Shown in pieces: positions 39,584 to 52,625 of a stretch of DNA of 64,000 bases. The stretch lies in assembly GCA_963791205.1 (NCBI GenBank), contig CAWBRK010000016.1, positions 1,962 through 65,961 on the forward strand, given 5' to 3'. A model generated the notes under the pieces. That model saw only the letters and a list, made by a program, of their open reading frames with translations. It had not been told where the DNA came from and did no database searches. Numbering within the stretch: position 1 is the stretch's first letter; every line of letters begins with the position of its first letter. Source of the stretch: an uncultured Actinomycetes bacterium (GTDB lineage: Bacteria; Actinomycetota; Thermoleophilia; Gaiellales; Gaiellaceae). Both the position numbers and the translations under genes were made by a program.

Positions 39584-40577
39584 ATGGTGACGCGGTGGGG
39601 TGTTGCGGGGGTCGCAGTCGCCGCGCTCCTGCTCGCTGCGCTCGCGGTTCCTCGAGAAGGTGGTCTTGCCGCTACGCCGGAGCGGCTCACGATCCGGGAG
39701 TATCCGGTGCCAGCAGGGTCGCATCCTCACGACGTCGCGCCCGCGCGCGACGGGACGGTCTGGTACACGGGCGCAGCACACGGGCGAGCTCGGCCGACTC
39801 GACCCGCGCACGGGCGCGATCCGGCGCGTTCCGCTCGGAGCGGGGTCGTCCCCGCACGGCGTGATCGTCGGACCGGACGGCGCCGCGTGGGTCACCGACG
39901 GCGGGCTGAACTCGATCGTCCGGGTCGACCCAGACACGCATCAGGTGCGGCGGTTCCCGCTTCCGACCTCCAGGTACGCGAACCTGAACACGGCCACGTT
40001 CGATCGGCGCGGCATCCTCTGGTTCACGGGACAAAGCGGCGTGTACGGCAGCGTCGATCCACGAACGGCGAGAGTGCGCGTGTTCTCAGCGCCGCGCGGC
40101 GCCGGTCCGTACGGCATCGCGACGACGCCATCCGGAGCGGTCTACTACGCGTCGCTCGCGGGGAGCCACATCGCGCGGATCGACACGCGGACGGGGCGCG
40201 CAACGGTGCTCCAGCCTCCCACGCGCGGCCAGGGCGCGCGCCGCGTCTGGTCGGACTCGAAGAACCGAGTCTGGGTGAGCGAGTGGAACGTGGGCAGGGT
40301 CGCGCGCTACGACCCGGCACGCGCCGCTGGCGCGAGTGGCGGTTGCCCGGGCGGAACCCTCAGCCGTACGCGATCTACGTCGACAACCGCGACGTCGTCT
40401 GGCTGACCGACTTCGGGGCGAACGCGATCGTCCGCTTCGACCCAGCGAACCTCACGGTTCCGGGTGGTCCGGCTGCCGACGGCGGGCGCGGCTGTGCGCC
40501 AGCTCCTCGGCCGCCCGGGCGAGGTCTGGGGCGCCGAGTCGGGGGCCGACAAGCTGGTCGTCGTGCGGACGGGCTGA
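39584..40577 (+). pseudogene. Vgb (virginiamycin B lyase)-like beta-propeller protein, at least 3 frame changes
   Basis: Signal-like N-terminus, then repeated blades: PHDVAPARDGTVWYT, PHGVIVGPDGAAWVTD, PYGIATTPSGAVYYAS, ARRVWSDSKNRVWVSE, PYAIYVDNRDVVWLTD. Confidence 0.65.
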
Positions 40578-40753
40578 GACGGCTCTACGCCGCGTCCCGC
40601 GGCAGGAGCTTCCGAAGCGCCTGTGCCGTCCCAGCCCAGTGCAGCTCGCTCGCCGCTTCGCCGGCGTTGCACCACCGGTGGCCGTCGTGCTCCCAGAGCC
40701 CGCCTGAACGATGCTCGTCACGGTCTGAGGATCTCCCTTCTCCCGGATGGGTG

Positions 40754-41272
40754 TCAGGAATCGTGGACGTCGTCCGTCTCCCATGGCTCGCGGCGCGGCC
40801 ACCAGGCCGGTACCGCTCGTCGATACGCTTCGTACTGCTCGCCGAACCGGCGGCGCAGAGTCGGCTCTTCGTACCAGTGCACGAACGCGGCGACAGCGGC
40901 ACCGAAGGCTCCGGCATACAGCAGCAAGACCGGCTGACCCAGCGCCAGCGCCTGCCCGACGATGATCGCCGCGACAGCGAGATACATGGGATTTCGGACG
41001 TACCGGTAGAGCCCGCCGACGACCAGGTGCTCGGTGGGAGCGACCGGCGCGGGCGTGCCGAGGCCCTCGACGACGAAGCGCACGAACGCTTGCAGCAATA
41101 CGACAACACCGGCGGCGATGAGGATCAAACCGCCCACCCGCAGCGGCATCCAGTGCGGCAACGGCAGTCGCACATGCCAGCCCGTCAGCAACCACGGGAC
41201 CAGCCCTGCGACGACACCCGGCGCCAGCACGAGGAACACCAAACTGCCGACTGCCGCTCTCGCCTTCCGCAC
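40754..41272 (-). CDS. Isoprenylcysteine carboxyl methyltransferase (ICMT/PEMT) family membrane protein
   Basis: Intact 172-aa ORF with 4 TM-like helices and LVVGGLYRYVRNPMYLA..EEPTLRRRFGEQYEAY. Confidence 0.75.
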   Translation of the reverse strand: MRKARAAVGSLVFLVLAPGVVAGLVPWLLTGWHVRLPLPHWMPLRVGGLILIAAGVVVLLQAFVRFVVEGLGTPAPVAPTEHLVVGGLYRYVRNPMYLAVAAIIVGQALALGQPVLLLYAGAFGAAVAAFVHWYEEPTLRRRFGEQYEAYRRAVPAWWPRREPWETDDVHDS

Positions 41273-41338
41273 GAATCGATTCTGATCCTGATTCCGGATT
41301 CCTGATCGAGCTCAGCGACGGCGAACCAAACGACCAGC

Positions 41339-41400
41339 GGGCGATCGTGGCCGTGACGATCGCCCGCAAGGCCGTCTACAAGTGCGCCGGGCGCGGGCAG
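41339..41400. repeat. REP-like hairpin element, copy 2
   Basis: GGGCGATCGT-ggccgtg-ACGATCGCCC (41339-41365) plus a flank ..GTCTACAAGTGCGCCGGGCGCG, 25-85 nt downstream of the multicopper oxidase stop. Confidence 0.55.
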
Positions 41401-41424
41401 TTAACCCGCTAGGACGGCCCGACT

Positions 41425-43552
41425 TCAATCAGGCTGTCCGGGCTGCGACGGACCGATCCGATAGGGCCGCATCATCTCGTTGTCCTCGTGCTCGACGATG
41501 TGGCAGTGCCACACGAACTGTCCTGGCCTGCTGAACCGCGCCCGCACCCGCGTGACCTGGCCCGGGTACGCGATCACGGTGTCCTTGAAGCCCGACTCCC
41601 ACGGCTCGGCCTCCTTGATCTCGCCATCGAGCTGGATCGGCTCGATGACCTCCTCGCCGTCCAGGACGAGTCCTTCGCGGTTCACCACCTCGAACGCCAC
41701 CTCGTGGACGTGCATCGGATGGGCATCGGCCGTGCTGTTGTAGAACTCCCAAACCTCGGTTGCACCGGTCGCTGGGTTCTCCGTGACGGCGTCCATCCAC
41801 TTGCGCTCTGTCCACACGCCGGCCTGCGTGGTCTGATCGATGGCATCGGGGCCTACCGTGCCGAGGAGCGCCTCGACCGGGCCCTCGACCTCTTCTTCTC
41901 CATCCTCTTCCTCGACGATGCCGGAGCCCGCTCGCTCGATGAGCGCCAGCCGCCGTGTGAACGTCTCCCTCGGCAGCGGCGAAATCGCGGGCAGCTGCAG
42001 GAACTGCGGCGGTGTCGAGTCGTCGACACCGACCGCCGGCGCGACGTTGAACTGAAGGATCCGACCGGTGGAGTCGGGATCCGCCACGGGAAAGTCGTTT
42101 CCCGGGACGCCGCCTCCGAACGGCTCGTCGGGCCCGACGTTGCCGAGCACGTAGTTCCCTACGGGGACGTTGGTGAAGTCGACGATGACGTCGGCCCTTT
42201 CGGCCAATCCCATGAGCAGCCGGTTGCCATGATCGGCGGTGATGTCGACCGGCGCGGCGAGGAATCCGCCCTCGTTCCCGATCTGCCATGCCTCGACCCC
42301 TGGGATCCGCCCGAAGTCGAGGATGAGGAAGCGCGACTGGCAGCCGTTGAGGAAACGGAGGCGGTAGCGCCGCTGCTCGACGGCGAGGAACGGCCACGTG
42401 CTCCCGTTGACCATGATCGTGTTGCCGAAGAATTCGGGGTTCCAGATGGGAGAGAACTCCCCCGCCGGGATGAAGTCCCCAACGATTCCGTCGAAGAACT
42501 CGCGCGAGGCGGGGTAGAACAGCGACCCATCCTGGTTGAACGAGCGATCCTGAATCGCGATCGGGATCTCCCGGTAGGGCTTGTTCGGCGGGAACTTGTC
42601 GTTCTCCCGTGGCGCCGGGCCGGGAAGGGACGCCGTGCGTCCGTTTCGGCTGTCGAGGACTGCATCGTCGCCCGCCGGCCCGCCGCGGACGAGGTAGAAG
42701 CCCGCCGGCCCTGCGTACACGTTGAGTCGCGTCATGCCGAGCGCGTGGTCGTGGTACCAGATCGTCGAGGCCCGGTTCTCGTTTGGGTACTGGAACGTCG
42801 CGAATCCGGGTCCCCACGTGACACCGTAAGCTCCGTCCGCCTTGCCTGCGAAGAACTCGTACCACGTGCCTTCCCTGGCGTAGCCGGCAGGGATGTTCTT
42901 CGCGTCGGGTAGGTACCAGGCTTCCGCGTAGCCATCGCTGTCGTCTGCCACGCCCACGGCGCCGTGCACGTGCGTGACGATCGGCACCGGACCCGTGTAG
43001 GGACTGGGTGTCGATGAAAATGTCGGACGCATGTCGCGGTGCAGCTCGCCGCCCGGCGGGTTCGCCCAGTGGAGGGTCGGGTCTACCGAGAGGATGTGGG
43101 GCAGGTAGTTCCCGTTTGGCATCCACGAGCTCGTTGATCCACTTGACCCGGACCGGCCTGTTCCACGTCGCCTCGATCGTGAGCGAAGGGGCGTTGTGGA
43201 TGAGCAGCCCACGGTTGCTCTGCGCCGCCTTCGCCCCGTAGCCCCACACCGTGGTTGCGGGAAGCTCTGCGGGCAGGATCTGCTGCGTGATCTGCTTCAT
43301 CGAGATCTCGTAGTAGTCGACGTTCTTGCCGCCCCGCTGAGTGATCGTGTCGGCCCGGGGCATCACGGGCGGGATCAGCATCGGAGTGACGAACTTCCTC
43401 ACGTCGCCGGGATCGAGCGTGCCGCCGGGAATCTGAGCGAGCGCGGTGGGTGTGCTCATGCCGGAAAGCCGGCCGAACAGGTAGAACCCTGCGCTGGCGC
43501 CTCCGACCCAAGCGACGAACGTTCGCCGGGAGAACTGCCGCGTGGTCTCCAT
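41425..43552 (-). pseudogene. Tat-exported multicopper oxidase (CotA/bilirubin oxidase-like), one frame change near 43120
   Basis: Tat signal METTRQFSRRTFVAWVGGASAG. Copper motifs HVHG, WYHDHA, HPMHVHE, HCHIVEHEDNEMM. Confidence 0.8.
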
Positions 43553-43798
43553 GGGTTGGCGCCTCCTGCTCCCCCGTTGGCGTCGTTGTCGTCTTGGAGG
43601 ACGGGTCGAGCCTCTCTCGCGGGACGCCACGGGACATCGGTTCGGACTCGGATTGCAGCTGCCAGCTACTACGGACGCTCGAGCTTGCGCTCCCATCGCC
43701 CGGCGACCGCGATGGGAACGTCGAGTTGGCGGGCCTCGAGCCCGGTCTCCCCGCGCACAGCCACTTCCGGGCCACGGTGGTTAGGCCCCGTTCGATAT

Positions 43799-43814
43799 GC
43801 GAACATGTGTTCGT
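43799..43814 (+). promoter_or_regulatory. LexA/SOS box of the actinobacterial type, abutting the dinB start codon
   Basis: GC-GAAC-ATGT-GTTC-GT matches GAAC-N4-GTTC (consensus TCGAAC-N4-GTTCGA). ATG at 43815. Confidence 0.65.
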
Positions 43815-44999
43815 ATGGAGGCGACGATCCTCCACGCGGATCTGGACTCGTTCTACGCGTCGGTCGAGCAGCGCGACCACCCGAGCCTGCGCGGGCTGCC
43901 GGTGATCGTCGGCGCCGGCGTCGTCCTCGCGGCGAGTTACGAGGCCAAGGCCTTCGGCGTGCAGACGCCGATGCCGCTTGGCCGCGCGCGGCGCCTCTGC
44001 CCGCAGGCGATCGTCGTCCCTCCGCGGATGGATGCGTACTCCGCGGCGAGCAAGGCGGCGTACCGCGTGTTCGACGACGTCTCGCCGCTCGTCGAGGGCC
44101 TGTCGATCGACGAGGCGTTCCTCGACGTGCGCGGCATGCGCCGGATCGCCGGGGAGCCCGTCGAGATCGCCGAGCGGCTACGACGTGCGGTGCGCGAGCG
44201 CGTCGGTCTGCCGATCACGGTCGGCGTCGCCCGGACGAAGTTCCTCGCGAAGGTCGCGAGCGCCGTCGCGAAGCCCGACGGACTGCTGCTCGTCGCGCCT
44301 GACCGCGAGCTCGACTTTCTCCACGCGCTTCCCGTCGAGAGGCTCTGGGGTGTCGGCGCCGTGACGGCCGAGAAGCTCCGCAGCCGCGGAATCCGCACGG
44401 TCGGCCAGCTCGCCCGCGTCCCCGAAGAGGCGCTCGAGGCGATGCTCGGGCGCGCGCAGGGGCGCCACCTGCATGCGCTGGCCCACAACCGCGACCCGCG
44501 CCCCGTTCATCCGGGAAGGCGTCGACGGTCGATCGGCTCGCAGCGCGCACTCGGCCGCTCGCCGAGGTCGCCGGCCGAGATCGATGCCGTCGCGATCGGC
44601 CTCGTCGAGCGCGTCACCCGACGGATGAGAACGGCGGGGCGCGTCGGCCGGACGGTCGTGCTGCGGCTGCGCTTCGACGACTTCTCCCGCGCGACCCGCT
44701 CGCACACGCTCCCGCGTCCGACCGCCCACACCGGCACGATCCTCGACACGACGCGCGAGCTCCTCGCCGCGGCGATGCCGATGATCGAGCGCGACGGTCT
44801 CACGCTCGTCGGCATCTCGGTTGCGAACCTCGACGACGACGGAGCGCTCCAGCTCGTGCTTCCGCTCGACGGGCACGACGGAATCACACTCGACGAAGCG
44901 TTGGACGAGATCCGTGTGCGCTTCGGGCCGGACGCTGTCGTCCGAGCAGTGTTGCTCGGGCGTGATCACGGCCTGACGGTTCCGCTGCTTCCGGACTGA
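43815..44999 (+). CDS. dinB: DNA polymerase IV (Y-family)
   Basis: MEATILHADLDSFYASVEQRD..LSIDEAFLDV..ITVGVARTKFLAKVAS..LWGVG. Intact. Confidence 0.85.
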   Translation: MEATILHADLDSFYASVEQRDHPSLRGLPVIVGAGVVLAASYEAKAFGVQTPMPLGRARRLCPQAIVVPPRMDAYSAASKAAYRVFDDVSPLVEGLSIDEAFLDVRGMRRIAGEPVEIAERLRRAVRERVGLPITVGVARTKFLAKVASAVAKPDGLLLVAPDRELDFLHALPVERLWGVGAVTAEKLRSRGIRTVGQLARVPEEALEAMLGRAQGRHLHALAHNRDPRPVHPGRRRRSIGSQRALGRSPRSPAEIDAVAIGLVERVTRRMRTAGRVGRTVVLRLRFDDFSRATRSHTLPRPTAHTGTILDTTRELLAAAMPMIERDGLTLVGISVANLDDDGALQLVLPLDGHDGITLDEALDEIRVRFGPDAVVRAVLLGRDHGLTVPLLPD

Positions 45000-45058
45000 C
45001 GCGATGAGTTTGACTCCCTCCCGAGGTCATAACGTCGAACCCGTACAAAGGAGACCCG

Positions 45059-45627
45059 ATGGGCAAGCTGGTCGTGACCGAGTTCGTGTCGCTCGACGGC
45101 GTGATGGAATCGCCGGGCGGCGAGGACTTCAAGTACCCCGGTTGGAGCTTCGCGTTCGACCGCGGTGAGGACGGGAATCAGTTCAAGCTCGACGAGACGC
45201 TGGAGACCGAGGCGCTGCTGATCGGACGCGTGACGTACGAGAGCTTCGCCGGTGCGTGGCCGAACGCGCGAAGGCGAGTTCGCCGACAAGTTCAACACGA
45301 TGCCCAAGTACGTCGTCTCGTCGACGCTCGAGGATCCGGAGTGGAACAACACGACCGTCATCACGGGCGACGTCGTCGACGAGGTCTCGAAGCTCAAGGA
45401 TCAGATCGACGGAATCGTTCAGACGCCCTGGAAGCCTCCGGCTCGTCCAGGAGCTGCTGGAGCACGATCTCGTCGACGAGCTCCACCTGATGGTGTTCCC
45501 GGTGATCCTCGGAACCGGGCGACGCCTGTTCGGCGAGACGACCGAGAAGCTGGACTGGCGGCTCACCGAGGTGAAGCCGGTCGGGCCGGACGGCGTGATC
45601 GTTCTGATCTACGAGCGAGCGAGGTAG
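45059..45627 (+). pseudogene. Dihydrofolate reductase-like (RibD C-terminal domain) family protein, 2 frame changes
   Basis: MGKLVVTEFVSLDGVMESPGG..LLIGRVTYESFAGAWP / FADKFNTMPKYVVSSTL / LVDELHLMVFPVILGTGRRLF. AAAGGAG before the ATG. Confidence 0.7.
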
Positions 45628-46845
45628 GTGAAGGTCTCAGCCGAGGCGGCGCGCCGGTTCCTCGTCGCGCGACAGCTGCTCGCGCCGGCGCGCTCGCTCC
45701 AGGGTGGCCGCGACGCCGTGCTCGAGGTGTTCCGCCGGTTCGGATCGGTCCAGTACGACCCGATCGACGTCGCCGGCCGCACGCACGATCTCATGCTGCA
45801 CGCGCGCATCGCGGACTACGACCCCGCATGGACCGACGAGCTCTACGAGCGGCGCGAGATCTTCGAGGCCTACAACAAGGGACTCTCCTTCGTGATCGCG
45901 AGCGAGTACCCCTGGTTCCGCGGACGGGCGCGGTCGACGACCCCGGCCGTGATCGAGGAGAACCCCGAGGCGGGCGAGCAGGTCCTCGCGCGGATCCGTT
46001 CTGACGGGCCGCTGTCCTCGCTCGACTTCGAAAGCGAGCGCGGGAGCACGACCGACTGGTTCGGGGTGCCGACCAACACGGTGCGCGCGCTGCTCGAGGC
46101 GTACACGGCCACCGGCGTGCTCGGCCTCGCGCGACGCGACGGCAAGCGCCGGTACTACGACCTTCTCGAGCGACTGCTTCCGGCGAAGCTGCTTCGGCAA
46201 AACGTCCCGCCGCGGGAACAGATGCGCCACAAGCTCCACTCGCGCTACCGCGTGCACGGTCTGCTCGGCGTTGGCGGCGGCGGTGACATCTTCGGCGGCA
46301 TCGGCCCGGCGAAACCCGACCCGCGGTACCCCGGTCATCCGGGCCGAACCGCGCTGCGCGAGGAGCTCGTCGCGAACGGCGACCTCGTTCCGGTTCAGGT
46401 CGAGGGCGTGAACGGCAAGCGCTTCGTGCTCCGCGAGGAGGTCGGGCTGCTGGAAGCGCCGCCGGAGCCGCCCGCGTCCGTTGCGTTTCTGCCGCCGTTC
46501 GACCCGCTGGTCTGGGACCGCGGCCTCCTCGGCTCGCTGTTCGGCTTCGACTACGTGTGGGAGCTCTTCCACCCGCCGGCCAAACGGCGGTGGGGCTGGT
46601 ACGTGTTGCCGATCCTGTTCCGCGATCGGTTCGTCGGCCGCATCGAGCCGCGCATCGACCGCGTGGCGGGCGCGGTGCAGGTGATCGGTCTGTGGTGGGA
46701 GAACGGCTTCACGCCGCGCCGAGCAGAGGGCTTCGTAGACGCGATGCGCGACGCTCTTCGCGCCTACGTGCGGTTCGCCCGGTCGAGCCACATCGAGTGG
46801 GCCGGGCACCTCACGAAGGAGCGACGCCTGTTTCGTCCGCTCTGA
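45628..46845 (+). CDS. Winged-helix DNA-binding protein of the YcaQ/AlkZ (DUF1006) family, putative interstrand-crosslink DNA glycosylase
   Basis: Intact 405-aa ORF; ARRFLVARQLL..GSVQYDPIDVAGRTHDLMLHARI..FDPLVWDR..FGFDYVWELF..RWGWYVLPIL. Family call from memory. Confidence 0.7.
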   Translation: MKVSAEAARRFLVARQLLAPARSLQGGRDAVLEVFRRFGSVQYDPIDVAGRTHDLMLHARIADYDPAWTDELYERREIFEAYNKGLSFVIASEYPWFRGRARSTTPAVIEENPEAGEQVLARIRSDGPLSSLDFESERGSTTDWFGVPTNTVRALLEAYTATGVLGLARRDGKRRYYDLLERLLPAKLLRQNVPPREQMRHKLHSRYRVHGLLGVGGGGDIFGGIGPAKPDPRYPGHPGRTALREELVANGDLVPVQVEGVNGKRFVLREEVGLLEAPPEPPASVAFLPPFDPLVWDRGLLGSLFGFDYVWELFHPPAKRRWGWYVLPILFRDRFVGRIEPRIDRVAGAVQVIGLWWENGFTPRRAEGFVDAMRDALRAYVRFARSSHIEWAGHLTKERRLFRPL

Positions 46846-46926
46846 GCGAAAGCGCGGTGTCGCCCGTTATGCTCGCGCCGTCCTAGAGGATCGACTCGCT
46901 CGATCCGCAACAGAGGGGAGAATTCG

Positions 46927-48588
46927 ATGACGCCATTCACCCCGGCACGCCCTGTGCGGGCCGGTTTGTTGGTTGTCGCGGCCGTCGCGGCGGCCGCGTT
47001 CCTGCTCGTCACGCCGGCCGTCGGTGCACCGCCGCAGGTGGCGTGCGACAAGCGGACGAACAACACGTACGAGATGCTGCTCGAGTGCGTCCGCGTCGAC
47101 GGCGTGCGGGAGCACCAGGCTGCACTCCAGGCGATCGCAGACGCGAACGGCGGCACGCGCGCTGCCGCGACTCCGGGGTATGACGCGAGCGTCGACTACG
47201 TCGTCGACACGCTTCAGGCGGCAGGATGGACCGTCGACCTCCACCAGTTCGACTTCACGGTCGCGGAGCCGATCCGGCAACTTACGCCGATCATCGCCAC
47301 GTACGAGTCGGGTGGCGTCACAGGCAGCGCGCTGGGAACGGTGACCGGCCCGTGATCCCTGTCGACATCAACCTGACGCCTCCGCGGGCGAACACGAGCG
47401 GGTGCGATGGAGCCTTCACGGAGGCAGCGGTCGGGGCGCCGCTCACTGCTGATCCGGCCGGCGTCGACGACTTTGCGGGCTTCCCAGCCGACCAGATTGC
47501 GCTGATCCAGCGCGGCGGCTGCAGCTTCGCCCTCAAGGTGGCCAATGCCCAGGAGGCGGGTGCGGCCGCAGTCATCCTCTTCAATCAGGGCAACACGCCC
47601 GAGCGCAGCGGCGTCCTGGTCAACATTACGGCCGTTCCGCCGGCCGGCTCGGCCTTCACGACGATCACCGTGCCGGTGGTGGGCGCGAGTTTCGCTGACG
47701 GTGCGACGCTCTCCCAGCCCGGTACGACCGCGACCGTCGCTGTGGTGAACAAGCCGCAGACCAACGTGACTGCCGAGCTCGAGGGGAAGAACGACGACAA
47801 CGTCGTCATGGCCGGAGGTCATCTCGACTCCGTCCAGGCAGGGCCCCGGGATCAACGACAACGGCAGCGGCTCCGCCACCCTGCTCGAGCTCGCTCAGCA
47901 GCTCGCGAAGCTGAAGCCGGAGAACACGTTGCGCTTCGCGTGGTGGGGCGGTGAGGAAGCGGGGCTGCTCGGGTCGACGGCATACGTCAACGACCTGAGT
48001 GCGGCTGAACGCGACCGGATCGCGCTGTACCTGAACTTCGACATGGTCGGCTCGCCGAACTACATCTTCATGGTCTACGACGCCGACGAGTCGACGTTCG
48101 AGGCTCCGGTGCCGATCCCGGCCGGCTCCACTGCGATCGAGGATGTCTTCGAGTCGTTCTACACGCTGCTGGACGAGCCGTACGACGACACGGAGTTCAG
48201 CGGGCGCAGCGACTACCAGGCGTTCATCGAGAACGACATTCCCTCCGGCGGCCTGTTCACGGGCGCGGAGGAGATCAAGACGGCCGCGCAGGCGGCGATC
48301 TGGGGCGGCACCGTGGGCGCTCAGTTCGACCCCTGCTACCACCAGGCGTGCGACACGTTCGCGAACGTGGACCTGCACGCGCTCGACGTGAACGCCGATG
48401 CCGTCGCGTTCGCCGTGTTGACCTTCGCGTACTCGACCCAGACCGTGAACGGTGTCGCGGGTAAGCCCGTCCCGGGCTCATTCGCGATCCCGGCGCCAGC
48501 GGGGCCGGAAGGGAAGCACACCCGTAGGTATTCGCCAACCGACTCTAGGCGGCGAGGGGAACCTCGCCGCCTAGGGTGCTCGCGTTAG
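46927..48588 (+). pseudogene. Secreted M28 aminopeptidase with PA domain, 2 frame changes (~47350, ~47850)
   Basis: Signal peptide, PA-domain segment IALIQRGGCSFALKVANAQEAGAAAVILFN. M28 motifs GGHLDSV, GINDNGSGSA, WWGGEEAGLLGS, NFDMVGSPN, SDYQAF. The true stop may be upstream of the 48545 hairpin. Confidence 0.75.
48545..48574. terminator. Perfect 13-bp stem, 4-nt loop hairpin between convergent genes
   Basis: CTAGGCGGCGAGG-GGAA-CCTCGCCGCCTAG, about 10 nt downstream of the stop of the minus-strand gene 48585-49034. Confidence 0.5.
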
Positions 48589-49034
48589 GTGTCGACCCTG
48601 CGGTAGATGAGGTCGAAGTCGGTCGTGTAGTTGGTGCCGTCCTCGGCGATCTCCCAGCGTCCGGTGATCGTGTTCCCGTCGTCGCTGAAGGTCGCGGTGA
48701 AGCGCTGGGAGAACGGCTCGCCCTCCCGCCAGAGCTTCCACTCGCCGTTGCCGATGCTCATCTCGTAGACGCGGCAGACGCCGCGCTCGTCGGAGTAGAG
48801 CTGGAAGTACGTCCCGTTGGCCGCGTCGCATCCGATGATGGAGACGTTGTCGGGCGCCTCGGGAAGCTCGGCCGTCCCACGCTCGAGCAGATGTGCCCCC
48901 GAGGCGTGCCACTCGAAGGTGACCCTTCCGCCGCCCGGCCACGGCTCTCCGTCGGGCCACGTCGCCTCGATGGTCCACTCGCCGACCAGAGGCTCGAGCC
49001 GGCGTAGCGCTTGCTCTGCGGTTGGTTGGTCCAT
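48585..49034 (-). CDS. Hypothetical protein (lipocalin/DUF1579-like beta-barrel suspected)
   Basis: Intact 149-aa ORF; LEPLVGEWTIEATWPDG..FEWHASGAHLLERG..GEWKLWREGEPFSQRFTATFSDDGNTITGRWE. Confidence 0.5.
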   Translation of the reverse strand: MDQPTAEQALRRLEPLVGEWTIEATWPDGEPWPGGGRVTFEWHASGAHLLERGTAELPEAPDNVSIIGCDAANGTYFQLYSDERGVCRVYEMSIGNGEWKLWREGEPFSQRFTATFSDDGNTITGRWEIAEDGTNYTTDFDLIYRRVDT

Positions 49035-49147
49035 CGATCCGCTCGTTCTCCTGTGGTGCGCTTCATTGCATCAGACGCACGCAGAGGATCGAGTTCAACA
49101 CCTGGTCGCTTACGATCCCCTCCGTTCACGACGGCGGAGGTGCCCGC

Positions 49148-49563
49148 TTGCCCCAGCCCGGATTCATCGACCACATCGGGATCGGCGTCCCGGATCTCGC
49201 CGCGGCCAAGCAGTACTACGACGAGCTCATGTCGGTCCTCGGGCTCCGCGAGTGGTTCGAGACAGGCCCCGAAGGGCCGCTCAACTACGGGCCGACGGCG
49301 CGCGTCGGCTCGCAACTGTTCTTCTACCAAGCGGAGCCGGGAACCTACTCGCGCGGCCAGCCCGGCCTCCATCACCTCGCGTTCCTGGTCGCGAGCAGAG
49401 CGGTCGTCCGCGACGCGCACGAGTGGGCGCGCGGGTGCGACGCGGTCATCCTCGACGAACCACAGGAGTTCCCCCAGTACGGCGAGCACTGCTTCGCGAC
49501 CTACTGGCTCGATCCCCATGGGTTCAAGCTGGAGGCGGTCTACGACACCCCCGAGGATGCTAG
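49148..49563 (+). CDS. VOC (glyoxalase/bleomycin-resistance/dioxygenase) family protein
   Basis: GFIDHIGIGVPDLAAAKQYYDELM..GLHHLAFLV..YWLDPHGFKLEAV. Proposed TTG start. As sequenced the frame reads through to 49648; the likely TAG at 49561-49563 is one frame off. Confidence 0.6.
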
Positions 49564-50538
49564 ATCGGTGCGGAGCGGTCGTTCACGACAGCTACGGACC
49601 ACCGGAGGTGCTGCGGGTCGAGGAGGTGGAGCCCCCGGTGCCGGGTGACGACGAGATCCTCGTCTCGTGCATGCGACGACGGTGACCGAGCGACTGCCAT
49701 CGCCGCGGGGCTTACCCGTTTGTCTCGGCGGCTCTGTGCTCGGCCTCCGCCGCCCGAGGCAACGAGTGCTGGGGATGGAGTTCGCCGGCGTCGTCGAGGC
49801 GGTCGGTTCCGCCGTGGAGGACTTCGCTGTCGGAGACGAGGTGTTCGGGATCAAGAGTTCCGGTGCGCACGCCGAGCTCCTCTGCCTCCCCGCGGGGAAA
49901 CTTGTGACGCAGAAGCCAGCCAACGTGACGTTCGAGCAGGCGGCTGCCGCCCCGGACGGCGCGTTCAGTGCGCTTGCGTGCCTCCGCCGCGCCTCCGTAG
50001 GCCCGGGGATGCACGTGCTCGTGTACGGCGCTTCCGGCTCCGTCGGCACTGCGGCGGTGCAGCTCGCGAAGCACATCGGCGCGCGCGCGTGACCGCTGTC
50101 TGCAACACCAAGAACGTCGAGGTCGTTCGCTCGCTCGGCCCCGACGAGGTGCTCGACTACACGAACGGCGACGACTTCACGGACAACCGCGAGGCGTATG
50201 ACGTCGTCGTCGACGCGGTCGGCAAGCACTCGTTCATGCGCTCCCGGCGTGCCCTCAAGGCGGGCGGGATCTACGTCTCGACCGACGGCCTGCACAACAT
50301 CGCCCTCGCGCCGATCTCGCGGCTCGGAAGCAGGCGAGTCGCGCTGCCGATGGCGCGCGCGAGGAAGGACGACCTCGTCCTGCTCAAGCGGCTGCTGGAG
50401 AACGGTGAGTATCGCCCCGTCATCGACCGGAGCTATCCGCTGGAGGAGGCGGCCGATGCGAGCCGCCACGTCGAGACGCAGCAGAAGACTGGCAATGTCG
50501 TGCTCAAGGTCAGCGGCGAGGAGAGCTCCGGTCGGTAA
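49557..50538 (+). pseudogene. Zinc-type alcohol dehydrogenase / quinone oxidoreductase (MDR family), about 3 frame changes
   Basis: YGPPEVLRVEEVEPPVPGDDEILV / GMEFAGVVEAVGSAV..VLVYGASGSVGTAAVQLAK / [29 protein letters not shown]. Confidence 0.75.
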
Positions 50539-50539
50539 C

Positions 50540-51065
50540 GTGGCGCTTGTGGCAGACTCGGTCGAGACGGCGATTCTGGCCGGCGGATGCTTCTGGGGCA
50601 TGCAGGACCTGATCCGCAAGCGGCCCGGCGTCCTTCGACCCGGGTCGGCTACTCGGGCGGTGACGTCCCGAACGCGACGTATCGCAACCACGGCACGCAC
50701 GCCGAGGCGATCGAGATCGTGTTCGACCCCGAGGAGACGTCGTACCGCGACCTGCTCGAGTTCTTCTTCCAGATCCACGACCCGACGACGCGGAACCGCC
50801 AGGGCAACGACATCGGCCTGAGCTACCGCTCGGCGATCTACTACCTCGACGACGAGCAGAGGCGCGTCGCCGAGGACACGATCGCCGACGTCGACGCGTC
50901 CGGGCTGTGGCCGGGCAAGGTCGTCACCGAGGTCGAGCCGGCCGGTCCGTTCTGGGAGGCCGAGCCCGAGCACCAGGACTACCTCGAGCGGTATCCGCAG
51001 GGGTACACGTGCCACTTCCCGCGGCCGAACTGGGTTCTGCCGCGGCGCTCGGTCGCAGCCGCCGG

Positions 51066-51069
<4 letters not shown>
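50540..51069 (+). pseudogene. msrA: Peptide-methionine (S)-S-oxide reductase, one frame change near 50632
   Basis: [13 protein letters not shown] / [61 protein letters not shown]. Confidence 0.85.
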
Positions 51070-52556
<1,487 letters not shown>

Positions 52557-52625
52557 AGGCCCAGCGAGATTCTGCAGCACGACCTCTGTCCTCGAAATCT
52601 CGGGGCCGAAGTGCCACGATGGCCG

